Assembly (NCBI GenBank): GCA_002269645.1
Contig: NIVC01002686.1
Location: forward strand, 1 to 64,000
Source: Macrostomum lignano
Lineage: Eukaryota
Length of the DNA stretch: 64,000 bases
Direction: 5' to 3'
Below are positions 24,192 to 48,186 of this stretch, piece after piece. How positions within the stretch are numbered: position 1 is the stretch's first letter; each line of letters begins with the position of its first letter. Below the pieces are notes generated by a model. It searched no databases. It had not been told where the DNA came from and saw nothing but the letters and a program-made list of their open reading frames with translations. The position numbers and the translations under genes are program-made.

Positions 24192-24358
24192 ACTTGTGAC
24201 CATGCGCACTTGTGACCATGCTCACTTGTGACCATGCGCACTTGTGACCATGCACACTTGTGACCATGCTCACTTGTGACCATGCGCACTTGCGACCATG
24301 CTCACTTGTGACCATGCGCACTTGACCATGCGCACTTGTGACCATGCACACTTGTGAC
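24192..24358. repeat. 16-bp minisatellite
   Basis: CACTTGTGACCATGCG tandem copies. Confidence 0.93.
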
Positions 24359-27299
24359 TGTACATGATGCTTGCTTGCACCAATTACTGCAAATTTCAAT
24401 GCGTTCTGTGTGTGTGTATGAGCGACCAAAATAAGCCCTAAGAGTATGAGGTCATCAAACAGCAGCTTGCAGTCTCCACAACTCATCGGAACGCCAGACC
24501 GCAAGACTGATGATGGATTCCAGAATCCGGGCCACTCCAACGGTGAGCAGCGGGGTGTTGTTGTGACGACCTCAGCTGCTTAGCTTTCTCATTCAAGTTC
24601 GCTTCTCATTGGGGCCAGCGGAACGGCCTGAACTTCGGCCAGCCCCCCCCCCCGATGCGCATCTGCGGGGCTTCCCTATTTATGAGTAGTTGCTCAATAT
24701 TGCTGGCCTGCTGCGTTCCTCGGCAATTCAGCCTTCTTGTTTTAGCTCACAATACTGGGGCACGCGGCCAACTGTGTGAAGGATTTCAGTGAAGTTTTGG
24801 GTAGAAGAAAAAAGCATGACCCAGACATTGCTGCTCCAAGTGTGATAGAAAACTGGAGCACTGGCTTCTCTATTGTAGGGTCACTCTGAGAACCATGCCA
24901 GGTATTTGGTATAGGGCCGCCCGATTTTCATATTTCCTCACTTTGTCAGCCTTCATGAAGTTAATCGACGTAGCAATATATTTAATAAGAATTCCCCAAG
25001 TGTGCAGTGTCGTGTTACCGGGAACCCTGAGAATTCGATCGAACCCATCCCCCTCCGGGCTCAGCTTCTCATTGTTGTCATTTATTCACAACCTGCAGGC
25101 CATGAATGGGACCGCTCATTGTTATCAAGGTATAGCTGTTTTCAACAAGCTTCATCAAGCAAGACCGCGGCGTTATTCCGGAGGCTGAGCTGGGCTCCGC
25201 CCACCTTGAAGTTTGACGCGCTTCAGGGGAACCTGCGGCGGTAATTAAAAACTGAAGGTCACCGAGAGTCACGACATCTTAACGGCGAGGCTCGCAGAAT
25301 GCGACAGATGAACTAGAGCCCTTCAATTGAACTAGAGCCACGCCTTCTGAGTCTGTCTCACACACACAATCCCATGATGATGCCGGTTTCAGAAGGCGAG
25401 GCAGGGTGCTCAGGAAGGAATCACTGCATCATGGCGTGCTCGGTGCCCCGAGGGCTCTACAACAGACAACACGAATCTGCTCGGGCTGAGGGACTGTCCG
25501 AGTTTTCGCACGCACGAGCACGAGAACAAGGCGAACACAAGAGAGCACCTCTGCCTTGTCTTCTTCACAAGAAAATCCCTTTAGCTGGCGGCTCTTCAAG
25601 CTCTTCAACCGCGAGAGAAATTTCCTCGAAAGTTGTTGCCTTTCAGCCCCCAGCCAGTCAGCTTCCTCTCCGACAGGAGGCGAACAGAAGCCGCGAGGCT
25701 GTTCCAGAGACGCAAATTGGCTTTGAAACAGAAAGCGAATAGGGGGAGGTCTCCCGGAATTGCGGAAATGCCTGGGCAGTTCACTCTTTCTGTGCGCGCC
25801 TGGTTCTGTATTAGCAAGATCAAGGTGGGGTTATGATCACAAAGGCCCGAAATTCCCTGTCGCCTTTGTAGCCGAGGTCGCGAACAAAAAGGGCTCGCAG
25901 ATCATCGCTTTTCCTGTGCTCAAATATTCTCACCGCATTCCACGCCATTGCTCGCGCCGGCAGCGGCAGCGGCGGCAGCAGCGCTGAAGCAGATCTGTTT
26001 ATTGCTTATTGACTCGACGTCTTTTATTGCCGCCAGGGCGTCCGGTGTATTTTTGCCTCAGCTGCAATTTTCTTTGTCTGCATGCCTCATCTGCTTCAGA
26101 GCTGCACCTGTCATTCATGTCTCCCCCTCCCAATAAAGAGTGAAAGCAGCGATTCGATCCATTTATTCCGATTGTGTTTGCTGTCTTTAGCCATTGTTCG
26201 TCAGCTTGTCAGAGTCGCTGCTGTCCGCGGGGCCTAGCGAGCCACTTGACGGCGTCAGACGGTCGTCAGGAAGCTGCGCCAGGCGCCAACCGGCCGCCGA
26301 GGCCGTGTTGCTGGGCAAACAATGATGCCAATGCAGTCCAGCCTCACTTACCAAGTCAGCTATTCTGCTTAGCACGTCTTTACACATCATTTCCCAAAAG
26401 CCAACAGCTTAATATAAAAAACCTCTGATCAGCTGGTTTTTGTCGGCGACTGAAAGTCTGCAACTTTTGATCAGCAGCAATTGTTAGCGAACTAGATCTC
26501 ACCCCTTCTCATCCCCTGTTGCCGGGGCTCCTGCTCCCCCTGCTCCCCCTGCTCTCCCTGCTGCTGCTTTTTAATGCGTGAATCGGAAAGGAAAGCGCGG
26601 AGCAGATCGCGCGCAACAGGAAACCGGAGACGTTTCGGGATTAGGAAAAAAAACAATTTTCACTTTGCATTCACATGAGTTTCTGGCAGAATTTCTGCAC
26701 TACAGGCGCTTCGTTTGTGGAGGCTCTGTGCGACAGTTGACTACCCAATACCTCTTGCCTCAGTCATTCTCAAAGGTCCCCCCCCTAACTGCTTCTTCTG
26801 TGTCTCACAGGGCGGCCGGACCCGACCATTCTGTGATCAGGAAATGCCGCAAACTCCCTCTAAAGCCCACGCGGCTCTGGTTTCCCGTGTGTCCGCCGAT
26901 CTGCTCCGCCCAAAAACCAGCAGGTGTTACCAATGATATCCCGGACACTGCAGGCTGCAGCGGCTTTCATTAGCGCACAGGAAGCTGGGCTGCACACGCC
27001 GGGCGGTTCTGCAGGCGGATGTGGCGGCCTGCAGCCTCTTCTTCTGTTTTTTTTAACTTTTGCGCTATTTTTAAACGCCATTGAAGGGCCGCTCGGAGCT
27101 CATCTGGCATGGCTGACAGCAGCTTTCAGTGTGGACTCTGCTCGACAACTCTCTCTCTCTCTCTCTCTCTCTTTCTCTGTGCGTTGGCATTCTTGTGCCA
27201 AGCGATTGTCTGCAGTCAGTCCACTAGAGACTTCATACCGAAATTGTGCATTTTTATAAAGTCATTGCATAAAATTAGTCCATTTTAAAGTCTCCCAAG

Positions 27300-27970
27300 A
27301 AAATCGCCCAGCAAAGAATCTCCCCCGAAAAGGAAAATCGCCCATCAAAGAATCTCTGCCTAGGAAAATCACCCATCAAAGAATCTCTGTTTAGAAAAAT
27401 CGCCCATTAAAGAACATCTGCCTAGGAAAATCGCCCATCAAAGAAGCTATGCATATGAAGATCACCCATTAAAGAATCTCCCCCCAAAAAGAAAATCACA
27501 AATCAGAGAATCTCTGCTAACGAAAATCGCCCATCAATCTCTGCCTAGGAAAATCGCCAATCAAAGATTCTCTTCCTAGGAAAATCGCCCATTAAGGAAT
27601 CTCTGTCCAGGAAAATCGCCAATCAAAGAATCTCTGCATAGGAAAATCGCCCATCAAAGAATCTCTGCATAGGAAAATCGCCAATCAAAGAATCTCTGCA
27701 TAGGAAAATCGCCCATCAAAGAATCTCTGCCTAGGAAAATCGCCCATTACAGAATCTCTGCCTGGGAAAATCGCCCATTACAGAATCTCTGCATAGGAAA
27801 ATCGCCCATTACAGAATCTCTGCATAGGAAAATCGCCAATCAAAGAATCTCTGCCTAGGAAAATCGCCCATTACAGAATCTCTGCATAGGAAAATCGCCA
27901 ATCAAAGAATCTCTGCATAGGAAAATCGCCCATTAAAGAATCTCTGCATAGGAAAATCGCCCATTAAAGA
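27300..27970. repeat. 31-bp minisatellite
   Basis: AGGAAAATCGCCCATCAAAGAATCTCTGCAT tandem copies, diverged at the left. Confidence 0.95.
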
Positions 27971-28977
27971 AACTTTTCTAAACAAGATTTGCTCATCCTG
28001 CACTAAGAGTTCAAAGAATGATAATTTTTAAGCTTTTTAAAGTGCACTGCAGTTGACAGACGCAGAGCCCTCATTCGGGCAATGGATTCTCACAGAGAGG
28101 CTGGGTGGGAATTCGAAAGTGAGAAAAGGATTTCTAAAAAAATCCAACCAAAAACGTGAAAATGGCTGGCACAATTGTTTTGTTCGAGAAGTGAAGGGCC
28201 GATAAAATTCACTTTTCACTCACTCAGTGGCGATGCTGTGCAAGTTGCCAGGCAGGGTCCATGCCTTCACCCCCCCCCCCAAAAAGCCAATTCGGCTTCA
28301 TCGCTCGACAACCGGAGAGCAGTTTGACACCTTCTCAGAAGCCACTCGAAAGCAATTGGCGGAAGCTGGCAATTCAGGAAAAAAAATAGCAAATTTTATT
28401 GTTGCAATTCACAAACCCAGCGGGGGGTCGGAGCGTTTTAGCACGGCAGCACAAATTGTCGCCTGGATACCACACGAATGCCCTCCACCCCACGGGAAAG
28501 GAAATTAGGGACTCGGGATCCACAGATTCTATTGGCACCTATGCAACTATTTCGGCCACTGGGATTTAACTGATGTGTTTGAGTCTTTAATAGTATATTA
28601 TAGTAGAAGAAGTTCGACTATTAATCTACTCAAGCTAATATACAGTCTCTCAGTATTTTTTGTCCACCGATGCGTTCTATAAGTCAATAAGGCAAATTTC
28701 CCATCTGGAAGGGTAGCTGCTTACATTTCGCTCAGCGAGTTTGAGCACTTTGGTCGGATTAGTTGCTACTCAGGCTGCAAGTTGTAATTAAAGTTAAACG
28801 GCTGTAGCAACAGAGCGACTGGTAGCTTATAACTGGATTGCTTGCGATACAATTGACTAATGAAGTTCGATTCCCAGTCAGTGAGAGCTGATCCTAATCC
28901 CCAGCTCCTTTGTCTCCATCGAATTACAGAGATAAATGAGGATTAAATTATAGCTTTGGGGCCAGCGTGAAATCAAG

Positions 28978-29704
<727 letters not shown>

Positions 29705-32007
29705 CAGCAAAAGTTAGCATAAGCATCTCTGACTGCTCTTAGCTAAGGGTTGCAGTTGAAGGACAGGGCGGCCTTCCTGCCTACCTGCAGAGCGAGCTGG
29801 TTGAGGCGTGGTGAAGGAAGGAACTGTGACACAAACCCAATAAACCATACATCTGTTGTACAAAGGGCACAAAAAATCACACCACTCACACACACAGAGC
29901 ATTAAATTGCCTCGCGCGGCCATGAGGTGGCACAGCAATGAGTGAGAGTGCGGAAGCCCCCAAACCAGACTATTGAGCCATGGGGCCAGACAAAAGAGTA
30001 ACAAAATAGTTGGTGGCTCATTCACTCTCTCACTCACTCTGTATGGGGCGCGCACACACAGAACAGCTTTGAATTGAATTTCTTAACTGAATTATTAAGC
30101 AAGCAGCCTTCAATTCCGGCACACACACAATAGTCGCACCACATGGGCCACTGCAGGCCTAAATACTTCCGCTTACCAATATATTCTATTCAGCCTTGCG
30201 CAGCCGTCAGCTCCCAGAGCCATGCGTTATTCGCATTGAATACTGAACTGTCCATTTCCGATGCAGCATGTCTAAAAAAGAAGCTGCACACGGTTGCTGG
30301 CCGGGCCCTCAGCCCGGTCTCATCCCCCTCGGCGGAAGTCGAGTTTTTAACGCGTCCCTCAGCTTCCCGCAGCTACCTGTCAGTGTTTTGTCTACCTGCC
30401 TTATATAGCCGTTATATAGTATAGATTTGTAATTGTTAGCTTGCGGCTTAAACAGGCACCAGACATGATTTTTCAAATTTTCAATTGTTACTGAGGGCGC
30501 GTCACCGCCCGCTGGGCCGTTTACTACCCTCCCCGCCGGTGACCTCACGGGAGTCTGAGTCTCCTCAGATGCTTTGCCCTCCCTGTTGCTATCCTGCTCT
30601 GACACACTACAGAATAACTGTTGTCATCCAATTCTTAATAAAGCCAACACGGGATTCTGCATGCTTGTCTAGCTGGGTTGTCAAGGGCCTCTCTGAAGTA
30701 CCGTTTTCTTTCCAGCCTTCCCTCCCGCCTCGTATCGCAAATGAAAGGGATTCAGTGAGAATTGATTGGCAATCAGAAAGCCACTATATGTTTTTATAGT
30801 TAGCTCGTAATAAAATACTCAGCTAACTCAATAACTCAGCTGATGGTCTTTGTTACACGCCAACAGCATCTTCAGCCCGTATATACGACTATGCAGCATA
30901 ATGATAATCAAGACAATTTTAACTGGGTCAACAAGATGTGTTTTCTTCAATTCTGCGACACGACGACAGCATTGAAGACCCGACAATGAGGGCGGCTTTG
31001 TAATATTCAGCCATTGATTATACAAGTCGCATAGCATAAAGCAGTTCTATCACATCCACGGAGATGCTGTTCCCCAATTTGAGAACAAAAAAATAAGATA
31101 ACAGACACTGCACTGAGCTGAAAAAAATGCAGTTTATACAAAACTGTGCGTGACTGCGCTATAGGCTTGCAGGTGTCTGAGCAGTGAGCTAGAATACGCA
31201 CGAAATTCCGCACAGTGGCTCCCTAATTGCTCATAGCGGGCTGTTAAAGTCAAAGCGAGAGGAGGAATTGTGGCAGAAGCAGACGTAGCAGGAGCAAACT
31301 GCCAACTGGTTTTGCTTTTGTATTTGGCAGGCGAAGGGAAACTTCCCACTAAAGCTATCTGTAGCGATGATCTGCTCAGATTGGGGAGAATTCTCCCCCC
31401 CCCCTCCCTCCTAACGCGAGCATCTGACTGGGAGGGATCTGAATGAAGGAATTACAGAATCGAATGCCCAGCAGGCAAAATCAGCTGGTCAAGTGTGAAA
31501 GACTGCATGGGGAAATCGGTAATCTGCTCCCGTCCGATGCAGCACCCCCAGTCAAATTATCCAAGCCTTTGTGTTTGGCTCTACAGGTGTCTGAACTCCC
31601 TGCATTGAGCGCGCGAAGTCAGAACAACACCCCTCTCGGAAGCTGCAGAAAAAATTTCCACACTGATTGTTAATAACTTCAATTGAGTCTTAATGAGTCC
31701 GATTGTGCCGGCTCTGCGGGAGGGCCACAGGTGAATCAGTAATGCGTACCTTAATCCTATTCAATCAATCTGCCATTTCTTTTTTAACACTCGGACTTTA
31801 AATCCTGACTCCAATGTGTCATAAAAAGCTCATTATTTCTGGCTGTGCACCTCAAAAACAGGTGCTAATTTTCATTTCAGTTGAGCTTACAACACAGCAC
31901 AGGGATTCGGGAGAAGTTTTCAAACATAAAAAGCTACCTTACTCAATCACTGCTTTACATGTGTCTGGACATCATTCATGTTTCCTCTCTCAACCCTTGT
32001 ATACCCT

Positions 32008-32198
32008 CAGCTCCTTCAGTGAGCCGTCGCTGTCCCACATCAGATCCTTCAGTGAGCCGTCGCTATCCCACCTCAAATCCTTCAGTGCGCCGTCGCTGTC
32101 CCACCTCAAATCCTTCTGTGAGCCGTCGCTATCCCACCTCAGATCCTTCAGTGAGCCGTCGCTATCCCACCTCAGATCCTTCAGTGAGCCGTCGCTAT
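32008..32198. repeat. 33-bp minisatellite (~6 copies)
   Basis: CAGATCCTTCAGTGAGCCGTCGCTATCCCACCT tandem copies. Confidence 0.92.
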
Positions 32199-33094
32199 CG
32201 GCGCACTCGGAAGCAGACAGAAGTCAGGCATTTCAGATAGTAATGCTTAGATTCCATATAGCAGCTGCATCAGCTCCGTCATCTCAGTTCAGACTCCCTA
32301 CGGGTGATTAGCCCCCCACACCCCCCAACAGCCTCATCGTGTCTGTCAGTCTTCAGCATCAAATTCAGCGGAGTCAAACCCCTTCTCCATCCTAAAACAT
32401 GGTAGCGGCTGCAGAAGCCCCTTCAGCACCGGCACAGCTCTCGCCTCATCATTGTGTTGTGTTTTTGTTCCACTTGCCATTTTCATTCTGCCAAAACTGA
32501 CAGCGCACCGGTGTGAGGGGCGGGTAGAGCAATGCGAGAAAGGGGATTTCATGAGAGCGAGAAGCACAGCGAAAGCAGAGAGAGAGAGGAAAAGAGGGGG
32601 GGGGGAGTGGCGGGTCGGCCACGTCGGAGTGACAGCGAAGTGTTTGCCTCCCAGAATCCCCTTTTCCGCATCTTTACGGAGCCTCAATACACACAGACAC
32701 ACACACTTGCCAAATGGTGACTTTTTCACAGCTTCTCAATCTGACGGCGCCCTCCAGCAGCCAGCACTGCTCCCGACATGAGGCGCCATGTATTCCCAAA
32801 TAGGCGTGCTCAATGCTTTGCCAGGTGTGAAAGACTGTAGGGATATTTCTCCCCCGTTTCATTTCCCCTCCCCCCCCCCAGATCCCTTTGCACCCCATTC
32901 AATTTCTCGTCTCCCTTTCGCTCCGCCAATCCTATTTGTGTCTTTCATAAACTGTTGTCTCAGGCAGAGGGCATGCATCACACAGGCTGGCTAGTTCCCC
33001 GCACCGCCCCCCCCCCCAAGAAAAAGCAATTTTGTTGCAGAGAGCCACCGGTCCTCTGTTCTCTTCTGTTTCTTCCCTTTACCCCTCTCACTTT

Positions 33095-33345
33095 CAGTCA
33101 CTCACTCATGAGCTCGCTCACGTTCTTATGGTCTCATGAACTCATTCATGGACTCATTACTCACTCATGGACTCAGTCATGATCTCATGAACTCACATAT
33201 GTTCTCATGGCTTTTTGAACTCATGAACTCACTCATAAAATATTTCATAAACTCATTGATGAACTTACTGATAAAATCAGTCATAAACTCACCAATAAAC
33301 TTACTCATAAACTCACTTATAAAGTTACTCATGAACTCACTCTAT
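33095..33345. repeat. Degenerate ~12-bp repeat (ACTCATGAACTC-like)
   Basis: Recurring ACTCATGAACTC/ACTCATAAA units. Confidence 0.7.
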
Positions 33346-33888
33346 TACTCTAAGCGCGAATACCATACCAAGTTCCTATTAGTTCGCAAGTCCTAGCTGC
33401 AGCATCGAGAGGCTGGGAAAGGTAGCTGGCCACCCAATTGGACGGTCGCACTGGGCCAGCCGTTCGCCTATTGGCGGTCCCAACCCTTACCTGCTCAGTA
33501 GTGGAGGGCGGGACCTGGGCGGTCCGGCGCAGACAAGCGGCAGCGGATTTGGGGTTGGCCGGCGGCAGTTGGCAGGGGTCGGGGTGGCTGACTGGCTGAG
33601 CACTTGGGCGGGCCGGCAGCTGCTCACTGAGACTGGGGACTCGATTTGACAGCCAACCAACCGGACCGGCTTCTCCGCCTCCCCCCCCCCCTGCCCTGCT
33701 CAAACACCCCGCTAGGCCGCCCCGCCTCGATTTCATATTTAACTGCCGCGCTGCTCAGGCCCGGGGCCACGAAATAATTACACTGATCGGCACTTCATTC
33801 ATCTAAGAGAAGCTTTGAGCAGATTAGAAATTTCAAACAGCTGACAGTGAAAAACTACAGTGACGAACTGGATCGCATTTGACTTCAG

Positions 33889-43247
<9,359 letters not shown>

Positions 43248-44125
43248 GTCCTGCTGCACCTGTAATGACCATTTTGCTGCTTATTGTGTACACACACGCG
43301 CTGCGCTGAACTATGCTTGAACTGTCCGAATGTTCTCTTCACACTAAATAGTTATTCGAGCCATACTATTATACTCATAGCTCCCCAGTGTACCTGTATA
43401 GTGAGTTTGCCTATCTGTTGCACCGCTCTAAGTATCTCTTCCGCACAGACAGACCAGCGTGTTTTTTCCCCACAACTCACAGGATTACAGCAGTTCGAGA
43501 CAATCAGACTTGTATGCGTCCGCTAATCTGCTCTATATTAGAAAGCTTTACACTTCCATTCGAAAGTGCAAGAACTACATGCCACAGCTGCAGAACTGTC
43601 TTAAATGCTTTGCTGTTGTCAATTTGAACCTCGAGGTTCTTTTTTTGCTTCTCCAATCTTGTATTGTACTTGAGCGAGTTCCCACTGTCCAGCATGCCGC
43701 TTTCTATTCAATATTGACAATTTTGTTTCTAAATGTTATTATAAATTGCTGTTTGATAAAAATTCTCACAGTGACTTGTCGCCGAAGTTGCGGAGTCAAA
43801 TTTCAAAACACACACAATACACACGCTAAATACACAATAAAGGCATTATGAAGTTGACTATATGCAATCATAGTATATATATATGTTAAGTCGAGGTCCT
43901 CTATTCACCCGTGTTTTAGTCAATTAAGTGCAGCCCTAATGCGCAAAATGGCCACTCACTTCCGCTAAGCTTTCCGGCTTTTAGAAGCAGAAAGCAGACA
44001 AATAGCTTTGCCAAGAGCAACATTTACAGCAGCCTCGCTCAGAGGGAGGTCGCCACCAAAATTAAGTGGGAATTATCATGCATCGGATTGCCCACTCACT
44101 TTTGCCTCTTTAAAGTTCTGCAGCA

Positions 44126-44172
<47 letters not shown>

Positions 44173-45567
44173 GGTAACAGACAAGCAAACTGTGCCGGCC
44201 CATTGCCTGCCGGACACGAGATGGCGGAGAGTAACTTCATTCATAATTGTCATACAGGCCTGAAGTGAGGATAAATAAGTGTAGTCATTTTGCTCTGTCG
44301 CCAGCTCTCATAAAATAATTGACTGACCAACTCTGAGAGTCCGCAGTCCCTGCCAGTCAAACCTGATGAGGCGCGCAGGCCCTATGCTCTACTGGCAGAT
44401 GGTTGCTACGCTATTAACCTTGGTCACAGGCCTGAGGGCGATGCAGTGTAGGATCTATAGGGGGTCAAGGTGTCAGCTGACCCCATAGCAGAGAAGGACA
44501 AATGAAATCAGCCCATGGAGAGATGAAGAATCTAACAGAATAAGTGACGCGGATATACAGAGATATAGTTGGTCTCACAGAGCTTCTTCCCAGGACGTGT
44601 TCAAGCGGCTCAGAGAGCAAAAGCCCCCACTGAAGTGAAGATCTCCGTAACAAGTTGCATTGCGATTCCGCAGTCACAAGTCAAGTGCGTGTGTGTACGC
44701 AGTCGTGTAACGTCGGACAGAAGTGGCACTCGGAGGAGTTGCTGGAAGCTCCCTCAGGCCGAGATCTTCCAGGCAGCTGTCGCGGCAGCTGCTGCAGCGA
44801 ACTGTGCCCACTCAGCGAAGCTCAGCGTTGAAGAGCGGACAAAAAACACGGCGCTGTAGTCGAGTTAAAAAAACTACACAAACAGGATTCGTCTGAAACT
44901 ATGAAACCACTTTGCGTCCCAGGGACCCCCGAGGCCTGCGTTCTGTTGAAGAATTTGAAAATTGGCTTCATTGAGCACTGTTTGCTCAAAGGCTCAATGT
45001 AGTAACTCTCCCTCTCTATTTCTCCTGCTTTCCGCCTCTCCACATACGCAAAATGCTTCCGAATTCCGAGACCACTTAGCTTTTGCAACACCTCTTTTAT
45101 CGGTCCTGCCCTCTGCCACCCCTCCAGGCCGCTCCCAGCTCTCACTTGCCCGCACCTCGTCTTTTTCTCCCAGTCGCTGCTGGCGTGGCGAGTTGAAAAA
45201 AGTGGCTGTGCCGAGCAACACGAGACTAGCGAAATATTCAAGAGTGGGATCTGTCCCGGTGGAAATTGTGCTGGGCGCGCAGGCCAGGCTTAGCGTAAGC
45301 TATGTGGCACTGTAGCAGATAAAGGCCAGGTGTTGCAGCAACTTTCTTTTCTGGCCCTCTGCGGACTGCTTCCGCGAGCTGAGCTCCTCTATTCATATTT
45401 TATACTTTCTCACTCACCCGGCAGTGGGATTGGGAACTGCAAAGAGAAATCCCAGCGGGTGGCCACTCACCTGTCTGGATAAAGACTGATTGTGTCACCT
45501 GGCAAAGTGCATTCATTCTCTATTGCTGTCAATCTGTAGCTTTGAGTTTCCAGCGCATTATCTCTGC

Positions 45568-45778
45568 TAGATTAGCAATCCATTCTATTTCTTTATTGAA
45601 GTAGGCTAGATTAGTAATCCATTCTAATCCTTTATTAAAGTAGGCTAAATTAACAATCGATTCTATTCCTGTATTGATAAGCTAGACTAGCAATCCATTC
45701 TACTCCTTTCTTAAAGTTGACTAGATTAGTAATCCATTCCATTACTTTATTAAAGTAGGCTAGATTAGCAATCCATTC
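45568..45778. repeat. Degenerate ~39-bp tandem repeat
   Basis: AAGTAGGCTAGATTAGCAATCCATTCTA.. recurring about 5-6 times. Confidence 0.8.
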
Positions 45779-48021
45779 AACGAACTATTATACTGATAGA
45801 CCAGGCATGTACGAGTATACGTCAGAGCATTAAAGAAGATGAGCCCAAATATCCTACAAAGCAGTCAGATGAGGAAGTTTCCAAATAGTCTCAAATCGTC
45901 TCTGCTTTACACCCAGTCGTCAAGGTTAGCTCCCGCATTCCAAAGCTGTTTGTGCCAAAGCGGCGAGACAATGCATGCTGGTGGCGGATGCAGCCAGTTT
46001 CTGCACTCTGCTCGCGCAAATGACTGCCGCCTAAAAGCAGAATGCAATCTGCAGCGGCACTGTAGATAAAAGGCGGTCAGAAAACTCCGCGTGTGTTTGT
46101 GGTGGCACTCGCCAGAGCAAACAGCACCGGGGGATCATCAGGCCATCTAAGTTGGCTAGCTTTCAACTTTTCCGCCCGCCAGCTCTACAGCCAGGTGGGA
46201 TCGCATCAAGGGGGGGGCTTCCCTCTTTGCTTTAAATCTCCTTTCCCCCATTCCGACTACTCTCTCTCTAGCTATATATCTGTGCCGCGAAATAGATCTA
46301 AGCGGATTATGGATGCGGAACCAGGCGAGAGACCTGGCGCGGGCCAAACTCAAACACCGAAGTGTTTGGCAGCAGCAAACGTCCCGGATGACACACCTGG
46401 GGTGCTACTCATCTCATTTTTTCACCCTCTCACTGCCAGCACTCGCTTTCTCTCAATAGTCTATATGCGATCAAAAAGGACCATCTACAAAATGGGATCG
46501 TTCTTCTACTGTCTGTCTGTCCTCATTTTTTCATAGCTCCCAGCCCTCCTCCAGGCCTCACTGGAGGCAGCCGCCTGCCTGCCTAAACTGCCGCAGCTTT
46601 CACCCCATGCGCGGCTGTCCGTCACTGTCAATCATAGTGGCAAATCAAGCTGATTAAGGGGGGGGGAGGTGACTGCTGAGGGGATAGGTGGGGGCACTAT
46701 CTCCCCATGACTGGGATAAAAGATGAGGGCTCAAGAGCGCGCCCCAGCTCTCCAACAATGCGCCAGCATTTAGGCGGTGCTGGGGGCAGGCGCGGCCCTT
46801 CCAAAACTTTCACCGGCCTTGCTAAGGTGGCAAAGAGCTGAAGAGTTGAAGAGCTGAAGAATCACTCGCTCAGTTTTTGTTCACCCCAGCGGCTGGGGGC
46901 TGCAATGTGACGAGCTCAGCAAACACTCACTTTACTTTCCCTCTCAGTCCTGCCACCCGGAAACGGGCCTGCAAAGCAGCGCGGGACTCAATGAATTGAG
47001 AGAGAGTGGTTGCTCTTCAGTGGCTGGCACGCCACTGTCATCCAGACCTGCAGCAGCAGCAGCAGAGGCTCTCAGCTCCGGGCCTTCCCGCCACCTTCCT
47101 GTCTGTCTATGAGCAGCAGCGGGTCGGCATAAGTGGCCCGCGCTCAAGTCCTTCGACCGGGTTCCGCTCTCTCTCTCTCTCTATCTATTCTAACCTTTCC
47201 GCTTTCCTATCCAACCCTTCTCTTGCTGTTCCCGCAATTCAAAAGTCGGTCGGCCACCGTCAGCGGCGTGACAGCAGCAGTTTTTGCTTACTTTCACCGC
47301 GAGGCCGCAAAAGTAGCCAACTAAATGGAAGAGCCGAAAAAATGCTTTGCTGCTCTTGTTAGCTGGGATTAGCCTGGCACGGTCGGGACTATTGTTGGTT
47401 GGTGAATCATTTTGTGCCTTCGGTTGTGAGGTTGCTGCACAGCCCCCCCTCCTATTTTGCCATATTCTGGGTGGCAAAATATTTGGCTGCCCTGAAATGC
47501 TTCCCATTCACTCTCTCCCACTCGCTGCTTAGAAGAAGCTGTTGCATGGCGCGGGGATTAGCGAGGGAAAGTGAGGGTGGGGAGCGGGCAGACAATGCGA
47601 GAGACAGAAAACTCCTCATGCCGGATTCGGGCCGCCAACCCGGCAGCTCCACCTAGCAGGCCCGCGGTGACCGCTGGTCTGCCCAGGCGGGGTCTCAGAA
47701 GGGGAAGAGAGATTAGCGCGCATAGGGAGTTCAGGCTTCCGGGCGCTCGCTGCCCAGATGTCACCGAGGGGGGGGGGGGAGGCTCCTGAGCAGCAGCGGG
47801 AAGTCGTCACGCAAGCCAAGGCCGCGTTGCTCCACCTCCGATAAGTCCGATGCCAAGCGCACCTTGCCCGCTGGGAATTCCTTCGGTTTTCATTAATTTG
47901 TCACTTCACCGTGGCATAATCAGCGTTAATGCACTGATAGGGGGGGGGGGGCGAAGTCAAGAATTCTGCATTTTCGTGACTAAATTAATGCACGTTCTTA
48001 ATTTTAAGAATCTTGCCGCCA

Positions 48022-48186
48022 CAGGCACTCATTTCGGCGCCGCAGGCACTCATCTTGGCGCCACTCATCTTGGCGCAAGGCACTCATCTTGGCGCAACAA
48101 GCACTCATCTTGGCGCCGCAGGCACTCATCTTGGCGCAACATCTTGAAGCCACAGGCACTCATCTTGGCGCCACAGGCACTCATCA
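48022..48186. repeat. 21-bp tandem repeat
   Basis: CACAGGCACTCATCTTGGCGC copies. Confidence 0.88.

Noticed and set aside
28820-28880. tRNA-like A/B boxes (TAGCTTATAACTGG..GTTCGATTCC)
   Set aside because: No cloverleaf could be folded; at most a decayed SINE head
44362-44400. CTGATGAG as a hammerhead core
   Set aside because: No stem II-GAAA follows
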